Below, piece after piece: positions 14,801 to 26,800 of a stretch of DNA of 64,000 nucleotides; the first letter of the stretch is position 1; each line of letters opens with the position of its first letter. The notes under the pieces were generated by a model. The model was given only the letters and a program-made list of their open reading frames with translations. It was not told the DNA's origin and ran no database searches. Position numbers and translations under genes: made by a program. The stretch lies in assembly GCA_032718475.1 (NCBI GenBank), contig JAUCBJ010007175.1, positions 1 through 64,000 of the forward strand. Reading direction: 5' to 3'. The stretch comes from Nemertoderma westbladi. Taxonomy: Eukaryota; Animalia; Xenacoelomorpha.

Positions 14801-17800
14801 GATTGTTCAGAACAGTTTCTTACTAATGGCCTACTACCGAATTAATGGCCTACTACCGAACTACCGAACTACCGAACTACCGAATTTTTTTAATAATCGG
14901 ATTATTTCGCTAAAAAGTAAAAGTTTCAATTTATATATTGTTACCCGTATTCCGCAAGTAAAAATCTCCATTTTTATTTATTTCTAATCAAAAAAGCAAA
15001 AATTAGATGGATTTACGAATAGCCATTTTATTTATTACCGTATTTACTCGAATAAGAGCCTTTGTGTTTAAGTTTATTCGGGGGAGGCGTTTATTCGGGG
15101 GAGGCGTTTATTCGGGGGAGGCGTTTATTCGGGGGAGGCGTTTATTCGGGGGAGGCGTTTATTCGGGGGAGGCGTTTATTCGGGGAGGCGTTTATTCGGG
15201 GAAGGCGTTTATTCGGGGGAGGCGTTTATTCGGGGGAGGCGTTTATTCGGGGGAGGCGTTTATTCGGGGGAGGCGTTTATTCGGGGGAGGCGTTTATTCG
15301 GGGGAGGCGTTTATTCGGGGGGAGGGACGTTTATTTGGAGGAGGCGTTTATTCGGGGGGGGGGGGACGTTTATTTGGAGGAGGCGTTTATTCGGGGATGC
15401 GTTTATTCGGGGAGGGCGTTTATTCGGGGGAGGCGTTTATTCGGGGAGGCGTTTATTCGGGGAGGCGTTTATTCGGGGGAGGCGTTTATTCGGGGGAGGC
15501 GTTTATTCGGGGGAGGACGTTTATTCGGGGGAGGCGTTTATTCGGGGGAGGACGTTTATTCGGGGGAGGCGTTTATTCGGGGAGGCGTTTATTCGGGGAG
15601 GCGTTTATTCGGGGAGGCGTTTATTCGGGGGAGGCGTTTATTCGGGGGAGGACGTTTATTCGGGGGAGGCGTTTATTCGAGGGGGCGTTTATTCGGGGAG
15701 GGCGTTTATTCGGGGGAGGCGTTTATTCGGGGAGGCGTTTATTCGGGGGAGGCGTTTATTCGGGGGAGGCGTTTATTCGGGGGAGGCGTTTATTCGGGGG
15801 AGGCGTTTATTCGGGGAGGCGTTTATTCGGGGGGGCGTTTATTCGGGGGAGGCGTTTAAGTTCCAAATTGTGCGGTTCGAGGGGGGCGTTTATGTTTATG
15901 TTCTAGATTTTCAGCATTTTGAATCTAAATACCCAATAAAGAATGTTGTTAAATTCAAGAAAACAAGTTAAACAAATGAAATAATTCAAATAATACCAGG
16001 ATTATATTTATTACAATGCAGCCTATTACAGCGGTACAACACCCTACTATATTAACCTTCAGTCTTAACAATCAGTTAACTCTCAACAATATTAACGCCC
16101 CGCATTGTAATATTATTAAACGCCGCCGGGGCGTTTATTCGGGGACAGGCGTTTAAGTTGTTACTTTGATGGTAAGGGGGGCGTTAATTCGAGGGGGAAT
16201 TTATTCGAGGGTGGCCTCTTATTCGAGTAAATACGGTAATCCCATAAAGCTCTCAAAGACAGAATAAAGACGGTATATTTCGTATCATTTTATTGAAATT
16301 CGAAACAAAATATCGGTTGATGGGGTGTGGAGGATGCTGCTAGTGCATGGAGACGGAATGGACCGAGTTAGTAAGTATTTAGTTATGTTTTCCCTAAATA
16401 TTTATATAAAGGTGTCAGTCGGGATTTCTCTTTTCCGTTTCAGCACCTGTAAGAAACACGTTATCCAATCGGAGTACTGCGACACATGCAAATCGGGTTA
16501 CTTCGGTTTATCCAACAGCACTGATGGTTGCCAGTTCTGCGATTGCTTCCTAGGTGGCGCTGTCAATAATTTATGCAACGCAAACGACGGCCAATGCGAG
16601 TAAGTAATATTAGTTTATAAAAATTATTATCTTCGAATAATTTTTGTTACACCGTTATAGTTTCAGTTTATCATATTCATACCAATCATCGAGTTGTATT
16701 ATTTTAGTTTCTTTTCACAGCGCTGTTCGGTTTTCTAATTTTCTAAAATGTATTATTGGGTTCGATTTTGGACCTGTTCTCTTGTAGGCAGTCTATATAG
16801 TATACTATACTGCAGAAACTGAAACTATTTCCGTGACTTGATAATATAGATCGCGATAACTGAAATTTCTTAATAGTGAATAATATTATTAATTAATTAT
16901 TAATTAATTAATAGTCATACTGTAGTTGTTATAATTATTTACGTTTTCATTCATACAACATGATACGAAATATTTAGTCTTTAACTTTGAATCCATCACA
17001 AAAACTGGGGTATCCTTTTCTGGGGCTCGAACTCACGACCTTCCGGAAGACTTCAGCTCTAAATTCATAAAACTTAAAGTGACTCTGTAATTTAGTTCTG
17101 ACGCCGCTTTGGGTAGTAACTAAAAACGTAATATATACGTACGTTTATATATTCATATTGAGTAAGTATATTCGTCAATTTTACTAAGTGTGTTTCTAGC
17201 ATACTACCTCGGCGAAGTTAGTTTTGGTACTATCTGGTGCAGGCCCCCAAATCTTGCTCGGGAGTACCTCTGCAAACTCTTTTGAGCGCGCTAACTCTGC
17301 CACCATCTCTGCTAGCTAGCTCGGAAGCAGGCCTACAGTCTTCTCTCTGGGGCCACTAATTTCCGCCCTTTACCAAGTGGCTCTATAGTTATTTATAACG
17401 GATTGAGTTCTCGGGGTAAAGTTTCGCTAATCTCTATACCCAAACGGGACCACCACCACCACTGTTTGGACATGAGAGTTTGCAGAGAGTATTGTAAATA
17501 GCCAAGTTCCAATAGCGTGGGAGCCGAATTAAGTATTTTACGTCTGTGGTCTGACCTTTTTGCGGCAATATAAGACTCAACTTGCGATTTAGATAGATTA
17601 TTTTTTATGATTGGTTATTTTTTGACAATATTATTATTACTGGTATTAATTATTACTACCATTTTGGCCGTAATAACAAAATTCCCCCTCACCCGGTTTC
17701 TATTTTTCCTCTTCCAAAGGGTTTTCTATGTTTATTTCTTAAATTAACATTTATTATCGAAAGGAAGATATTAACATCTGGAAAATAGAAATCACTTTCT

Positions 17801-20800
17801 CGATAATATAAGAATCGTATTAGTATTGACAATATTGACAATTTAGTCTTGATAATATTATAAAGTCCGTGAATCAAGTCCGATATACAAGTTGGCTGGA
17901 TAAAATACTAGTTGGCTGAAAGTTGTTATATTATTGAAGGAGATTTTTTAGCGGGAAAAGTCAGGCTTCGACTCGCGAGACTATCCATTTTAAGCCATTT
18001 GGGAGCTTCCCACACTACTGGGGACGTGAAAAATCCTTTACAGGCACAGCTCTTTAAGCTAGACACGAGTGGGGCCCTTCGTGAAGCAAAAGCTTCAAGC
18101 TATCTTAGCGAACAATTATAATTATACTATGACTTTAAAATAGGCCTGTCAAATCTTGGCTTCCGACAATTATGGCTTCCGACACAGACACACACCGCCA
18201 CACCCCAAAAACACCCCCCCCCCCCCCCTCTTTTTGAAAACGGCCATAGTAGAATTATAACAGTTCGCTTATGGCTCGCATTTTTGACTCGCCCCACCAC
18301 ACCAGGTCAAGCTGTGGTCACCCCTTTTTTAAATAGTTTTCTTTGTGAGGTTAATCCAAGGTCCGTGATCCAAGGTGGACTGACCGGTCAACAGACTGAT
18401 ACAGTAGTATATCTGAGGAACTGTCGCGAGGCACTAACTGCCAAGATTGCAGGATATATCTCAATATAGTTATTGTTTGCATATTACTGAAATAGTAGCT
18501 TGTGATTGGATATTTAATAATTTTTTTTTAAATAAATATATTTTAAATTATTTATATTTTAAATATATTTTTAAATTTATTTTATAATTATCAATTAGGA
18601 CATTAAACACAAAATCTGCATGTTGAAATTGCACAATGTTTAATTTGTGTGATATCATTTATTGATGGCCCCTTAGGATCGGGGACTGATTTTCTTCAAT
18701 CATAGAATTACATTAAAATTGAGGACAGTTTATAGCTGGTTAATAATGTACAGTATTATTAGAAGCTGAACTACTGTACCCACACCGACACTAAAAGTTG
18801 ATGTCTGCCACAACAACAGCTGTAACAGATCACCAAAGTTGCTGACAGTCAATAGAATCCAATTGGAATTGCTACTGCCAACAAGACAGCTGTAACAGAT
18901 CCATTGATACGATTTGCCCAACTTGTGGTCGTGTGTGTTTCAGCTGTAGTCGAAGGTTCTGTTGTGGTTGTAGTCGTTGTAGTTGTAACCGGATCAAACG
19001 CGGGATCGTTCCAATCAATTTCTCCATTGGCATCCAGGAAGTCGTTTTTCCAGACCCGGTCTCTTCCTATTTTGTTGCACATGTCTGTTCCATTGCAGCA
19101 AACTTGCTGACAACTTAGATGTCTCACATCCAACCTGTCTTCGTCTTCCGGCGCGTATTCCCCAGAAGCAATCCATGCTTCCTTGCAATCATCTTCATTG
19201 ATTTTTTCCACACAAGCCGTTGGTTCGCAAACCTCTGCCCTTGTATACATCAAACCTTTGGCATCTACGTTGTTGATAGTCCCTGTGGCTGTCGCTTGCA
19301 TGAAGAATATTGTTATAAGATCAATCACCACCCAGTTGCGACGAGAAACGTCAATGAGCGTATCCGGCAGGACTACAGCGGTTCTTCTACAAGAGAAAAC
19401 ATGGGACTAAACAACCGATCACGGACAATGAGCCACAACTACGAGTCATTCACAAGACATAACAATACATCCCACAACCGATTGGGCGTGACGAATCATC
19501 ATGATCACTTTAATCAGGAACATAGTTGCAGTAGTCCATGCGGGCCACATAGCCAGTCTGGTAGACGCAACAATGGTATCAACAGGCAATCAAATCAAAG
19601 TAATAATTTTATCAACACCAATCGATGCCACAAAGACAGCAGCCCAGCAGAAGGGAATCCGCAACAGTGTGATGATAGGCGGAACTTTTAGCGAAACCCA
19701 CAGTGATGTACCCCCGGCCCAGCACATACCTCTGAAAGTGACAACTTACAACTGCCGCGGGTTTCACTCAGCGAGTGATTATATTCTGTACCTAATGCAA
19801 ACAGCAGATGTCGTAGCCGTTCAGGAACACTGGCTGGACTCAATAGAAGCCAAAGAACTCCTGATGGACCTGCACCATAAGTTCAAGTGTGTTTATACTG
19901 TCTGTCACCTCATGGATAATCCACATCGAAAGCGTGGCGCCGGAGGGGTCTCACTTTGGTACAACATTGATAGATTCACATCTGTTTCCAGTATCAAATC
20001 CTCTGATGACATTGTTGGAGTGATAGCCAATATCCCCGGTCATGTTAACTCATTTCTTATTTTATCATGCTATGCACCAGATGCCTCAAAATCTACCACT
20101 CTTTATGAAGATTACCTAGGGAGATTGGACTCTATAATTAAACAACACCACGACTCCATCCCAATCATACTGTCTGATGCCAACTCGGATGTTGGTCCCT
20201 TACAGGGGCCCAGGTTCTTGAGGACAACAGCAACGATAAGGGGAGAAATGCTCAACAGCTTCTTATCGTCTAACTACTATATATGCGCCGACACAACCTC
20301 AAAGTTCACAGGCCCATGTATTACCTTCAGGGGTCGTGGCCACTCGTATATTGACCACATTATTACCAGTGAAACTGGAATGAGTTTCCTATCGAATGGC
20401 ACAGTATACGAGGAGGACCCTGTCCGTAACGACTCGGACCACGTTCCTGTAACAGCCACTTTTAGATTACCTACAAATAAACAAAGTCGAAAGTTTTGTG
20501 ACACCAACCTGATTTCCACCTTACGGTTTGCCTGGGATAAAGTAACCAGTGAGCAAACTGAGAATTACAACCAACTGGTGGATAGTGGCATTAATATTAT
20601 CCGTTCCGGCTTTCCCCATCACACGAAATGGTCCAGGGACGAGCTGGAGATGTTTACCACAGGAGTCAAAGATACTATATTCCAATCAGCGAAGGCAATC
20701 TTCCCCATCATAAAGGTACATCGAAGATCTAAGAATCTTAGAATAAGGTCGAATCAAATCAAGGAACGCTCTAAAACAACGCATCAACTCTACAACCTGT

Positions 20801-23800
20801 GGTGCGGCGAAGGGAAGGATGAAAGTAGTACCTATGGGCAGGCATTTAAGGAATCGAAACGCGCCGGGAGACGACTGAAAAATTGGTTATCAAAAAACCT
20901 AGTATCCAACGCGGTGAACAGCAGATCTAAGCTGCTAAGGAGAGATCCCAAAAAATTTTGGAATAGTTTCAAACCGAAATCCTCTCAAGAACCTCCTGCC
21001 AGCGTCCAACAGAATATCAGAAGCAACATGTCTAAGACCCATAAAGAAGATACAGATTACATTAAGTCCTTATCACAATTGATAGACGAGGTACAAGAGG
21101 CGAGCAACACTGCCGATCTCCCAACGGTCTCACCTCTGACAATAAAGAGAGCAGTATCTATCCTCTCCAAAGGAAAGGCACCGGATATAAATTCACTCGT
21201 TGTTGAACATATCATCAGCATTAACCCGGAGTTAATATGTGAAGTCCTAGCAGATATAATCAATGCATCATTTAGACTCGGTGAAGTACCTCAGCTATTT
21301 GGCGAAACAATCGTCACCCATCTGCACAAGGGCAAGGGCCGTGACCCTCTTCACCCCAAATCGTATAGACGCATTGCCACAGTCAACCTATTTGCAAAGG
21401 TGTTCGAGTCCGTGCTTCTCAGTGAGTTTCTCCCGATCCATGACATCATTCCACCATCACAGCTGGCATACCAAAAGAGGACTGGTTCTGATCTGATTAT
21501 TGGAGCCCTGCTCGAATGTCTGGAGACACAACGCCGAAAGGGAGTCTCTGTCTACATCTGCCAGTTGGACGTTGAGGCAGCCTTTGATAATGTGGAGTAC
21601 CTGACCCTCTTCAGCAAACTGCGACATCACATCAACCCTTTCATATGCCTCTCACTACTGGCATACTACAGATGCACCATAGCATTCCTTAAATTCGGTT
21701 CAACAGTCTCCACTGACGGGATACCGCTCAAACGTGGCGTGAAGCAGGGTTCGCTGCTCTCCCCGTTACTCTTTAATTTTTACACAGGCGGAACTCTAGG
21801 GGCACTGAACAGTGCCGGTTTCGGACACAGCCTTGCAGATGGATGGCTGGGTTCAATTTGTTATGCAGATGATATTCTCCTCATTGGAAAATCCGCCCAG
21901 GAAATCGAGGACCAACTAATAATAGTGACCGAGAATCTAGCTAAAGTTCAACTAACCATCGAAGAAAGCAAGACACGTTGGATGTGTATATTGGGCTATG
22001 GTCGCCATGAGCGTGACATCACAACTTTCCTCAATGTCAATGGCCGCCTGGTGCCTTGCAGCCAATCAATTAAGTTTTTGGGCTTTAAACTTCACTTCAA
22101 TCCTAGGGCTCTGTCCGACTGCATTCAAACCATTGCCTCCATTTCCGAATCTTTCCATAGAAACGACTGGACTGTGCGGTGGCTAAATACAGCGACCTTG
22201 AGTCATCTTTGGTCATCAATAGCAATCCCATGTATACTGTATAGCGTTAAATTCCTAGTTGGCTCATTGACGGACACCGAGTTGACTAAACTGGAAGTCT
22301 ACTATAGGCGAATACTCCGTGGTTTGCTACATTTGGGTAACTATGCCGGCAATCAAATTGTCTACAAACTGATGAAATGTAACCCTATCACATCCGATGC
22401 ATTTGCAGCATCGCTTGGGACAATTTTGCGAGTTCCGAGGTGTCCAAAGTCCAATCTCCACATCACCCTCAGTTTCTTAACCCAACTGAATTCCCAGACA
22501 TCTAACAGTTTATACATAGGCCCCGGGTCGACTTGCAACAACTGCAGGCGTCTCTTCCCAATACCACCTATATCACCTCTGCTCAACTACGACTACAGTA
22601 AACCGGAGTTACTGTCAAGGTTTAAACCAGGGGCATTGACACCAGGTGAGACCGCCAACTACGAATTCATCCGGCAGTGCTATGACCATAGTGGCGCAAC
22701 ATTTGACCACAAACACACACGTATACTAGAATTTTTCGACATACCGCACTGATATCATCTGACATAACTTTCCAGTGGGTTCCTGAAATATTAAAACATA
22801 CAATTACAACTGATTTGTCTAATTACAACTTCAGTGTCTTACATATGATTTTATTTCGTATATTGAAAACTTATTGATATCTTACCATATATTGTATATA
22901 TACTGTCAACATGTATTGTATATAGATATTGTGTATCGTTCGCTACCATTTTAAATTGTGTTGTGTGTGCATACTTCACTGATTGACCATTTTAAATTGT
23001 CGGCACAGACCGAATCTAATATATTGAATTGAATTGAATATGCGACATCCTGCACAATCCGTTGTAACGACACCTTGTTGATCAAGGTACCATGGAGCAT
23101 CGGCGGATATGTCTGGGCGCGATGACTTATAAGTAATCATGGTGTACTCGTCCATACAAGAAATACCTGTTACCCGTATAACCTCTTCTGTAACGATTGA
23201 AATAGCAATCAGTAGTAACACATTGACGTATTCGCTAGTCATGTTGCTTTATTGTGGACGTGCCCTATTGAATATGTTTATTAATACAATGATGATAGTG
23301 TTTATAATTTTTATAAGTAATAATAATTTATACTTTATACAATATAAATTAATATGGTTATATATACAATAATACAGGAAGAACTTCCCACGGGTGGCAC
23401 TTTAAGATCTTTGTAAACCAAACTTCAACTCCATTCCATGAAATTTGTTGTAAGTATTGCGGACTAAGCGCTGGTAATCGGTACCATGTGCGCCAGTGCA
23501 CCGAGGTATCACCACTATCACACTTAGCACGAACTTAGGGGGGGTGAGGGAGGGGGGGTGTTAGTCTCTTTTCGTTTCCATCGCTAGTAAATTTCTACCT
23601 ACAGTGTTCTCGAATGACCTGTTTCATTTCAGGTGGAACGTTGTTGACATTTTTTTTTCCTGCAGTTGATTTTTCTCCAGAAGGACATTGGGTCAGACAA
23701 TGCATGCAGTTTAGTTTTCCCTATTTTCCTAGTATACAGTTTAGTATTACTTGTAGTTTGTTCCATTCCTACTAAAGCTCTATTTTAGGTAATTCAAGCT

Positions 23801-26800
23801 AGACATTTTGCTAGCGACCACAGATACTCCATGGATTCCATTGAGTATCTGTGGTCGCTAGATGGATAAGAACGCCATATAATGCTAAAACCAAATAACT
23901 GCAAAAATTTAATTCCACAGAAAACCGTTAACTTTTACAAACGTAATGTAATTTTATCACTGTAGACCTATAGCTATGTGTGTAGTGTATGTGCTAACTA
24001 ACCATCGTGTGAGCTTTATTTTGTATACATACATATATCATGTACACCACTATGAGGATGCATTACCGTCCGTTTCTATTGTGAACTGTGTAAAAATCGA
24101 TGGCTAATGGATTGTAGAAGCTGTTACGATCTATTCTCCTTCAAGTATCTCTGTAGTTGGGCGCCGGGATGATTTTAATTCGTGCTGGATACATACAAAG
24201 GGGATTATAACATAATTAGTACAGGAGTACATCAACTTAACTCACCAATTCAATTTGTCGCGTTTTATTAAACGAAAATTGGCAGCTATCAAGCTGACGC
24301 TTGTTTACTCCCTCAGCGGCAGAGCTTCCATCCCATGTTATCATGGTTAACTGTCAGATGCCCAATAGGGACACTTCCCAATGATAATTTTGCTTAATAA
24401 AATTAAGAACATTAATGGAAAGGAGCAGGTTACAGTGGCGGTCTTTTCTAACCAAAACAATAAACTACAAATTATTTCACTTGCGGTCAGGTCAATTTGC
24501 TCTGAGGATCACTATTTTCACTTGTGCTCAATGTGCGCCACTATCTGATTATGTGATGTATTAGGCCTAGCAACAGGCAAAATACGTAATGAATGGAAAT
24601 TGTGGTCTCAAAAAAATCTTATTGGGCAAGTGACTTATTCTGTAAGTCGAGTATTGGGTCAGTGACCTATAGGTAAAGTGACCTACTTTCGTTTAAAACT
24701 GAAATATATTGGGCAAGTGACCTATAATATTATTTTTATGGGCAAGTGGCGTATTGGGGAAGTGTCCTATTGGGCAAGTATCTGCATCCCGTTAACGGTC
24801 TCAGGAATTCTTAGCCCGCAGGTATTCTGTAACGTGCGAGTAAAATGTTTCCCATAATGTGAAACATGGTGGGAACTATCTAAATCTAAACTCTAATAAA
24901 TCCCGCGGGCTAAGACAGACATCACCCAACCCCGTTAACATGTACTGTAACTGTACAATGTTAAGTATGTTGATGCAACAAAATAGGAAGGGCCTTAGTA
25001 GTCAACGGGAGCAGCAGGGTACGCAGCAAACTTCGCCTGCGAGAAAGCTTTGCCCGCATCCATTCTTCGCTCGGAGCAATCTTCGCCCTCAAAATAATCA
25101 ACTATCTCCCGGCGGAAACCTTCGCCCGCAGGCAATCTTCGCCCGCAGGCAATCTTCGCCCGCAGGCAATCTTCGCCCGCAGGCAATCTTCGCCCGCAGG
25201 CAATCTTTGCCCGCGAGCAATCTTCGCCCACTATACAATTATTGTTTTGGTTAGAAATAGCCGTCTCTGTAACCTGTTCCTTTCCCTCAATTGGTAACTA
25301 AAATGGTTACTAACACAAATCTTATTGGGCGAAGGTTGCTCGCGGGCGAAGATTGCCGGGCGAAGTTTGGACGCGGACGATGGTTGTACCCAAACATCAG
25401 CAGCCATAACATTTTTTGTCTGATACAACATTTTTTACGAAAAAAACAGTGCTTTTTTTTGAAAATTTTAAAATTATTTTGAAAAATAGCGGTCAAAGAA
25501 GTTGTCGGCATCCGAATGCTTGAAATACCTTCAATGGTATACGGATGAACCTGCGTACGATATTGTACGCCAGCACCTAGGTATGGCGGAAGATGGTTTT
25601 CAATCTTAATATTTTTAATGCAATTAAATTAATTTTTCAAATCCACTAAAATTCCGGGATTAATTGCTCATCTTATGTTAATATTGGTTTTATATTGCTA
25701 TTGTCACGGAAACGGCGTAATTTCAACGTACAAATTATCTTTAATTGTTTACGATTATTCGTAGTAACACGATTAATCGTCGTTTTTCTAACGACCAATC
25801 CACATTCAATTTGATGACCACATCAAAATCTTTGCAATAATTCATCGTGATATCATCGCTACGAATTAACATTTATCGTTCGATCGCGATTAATCCTGAG
25901 TGTTTTATTCACACTCGCCAAGCTTTGGATTTGTACGAACAAATCACTTTTAGGTTGAAGAATAACTGCAATGTAACTGATGAAATATACACTGAGACAC
26001 TTTTAGTAAATGATTGAAAGAATTTGGGGGCGGGATTCGTGTCGATTCGTGGTTGCTTTTATTGAATGTGGTTTTGTTTACTTTTGTTACCCACAGATGC
26101 CGACCGAACATGATGGGAAGACGATGCGATGAAGTGCGACCAGGTAACTATATCCCCGATGTAGATAACTACCTGGTCGAGGCTGAAGATGATCCAACTA
26201 TATCGGGCGAACAGGTCAGATATAAGTTTATCACATTCTCTCTTATTGTTACTGCGTGATATAATGTACTATATATCACACCGATTGGTAAATATACGTA
26301 GTTGCCAAACTGAAAAATTATTTGGATTTTATCTTGCTAATAATTACGTTTCGCATTATTAGGCACTAATAATTATTTATTACATGAGGAAAAAAGTAGA
26401 ACTTTTTCTTTATTCTCGAGGCATTTTATTTACCGAGAATCAGCGAGGTTAATAAAGGGTCGAGAGAATATTGTGTTCTCGAATATTTATTACGTAACTA
26501 GAGAGCCGCTTAACTATTCATAAACAAATATTGGGTATTGAGTTCCGTTTTGGTGTTCGCCTTGCAGACACTAAAGTTGCAATAACTTTTGAGTGTGTGA
26601 ATGGATTTGGCTCAAATTACGTGCAAACCTTTTCTACTTCGATGCTCCTCCAACACTAAAAATATTATATATTTCTTCTTTCGCCGGGAAAAAAAACAAA
26701 ATCAATGCTATCCTATGGGTTACTTTTTTCCCTATCTAAAAAGGTTCTCCTTTGTCTCCCGATTTTGGGTAGCTATAGTTTCTGCTAATTTTGAATTTAT

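Larger units (their letters stand above)
18849..23242 (-). pseudogene. Nested antisense intronless Ly6/uPAR(three-finger)-like, probably GPI-anchored protein gene (220 aa reconstructed), disrupted by a LINE
   Basis: 23242-23036 (69 aa, hydrophobic N-terminus, ends DCAGCRIF) joins in frame to 19304-18849 (151 aa) once the LINE and one GAATAT copy are removed. It has a CCNGTDMCN motif, a Thr-rich stalk and a hydrophobic C-terminus. Confidence 0.8.

Noticed and set aside
15007-15906. 299-aa and 265-aa Gly/Arg-rich ORFs
   Set aside because: Translations of a stop-free minisatellite inside a MITE.
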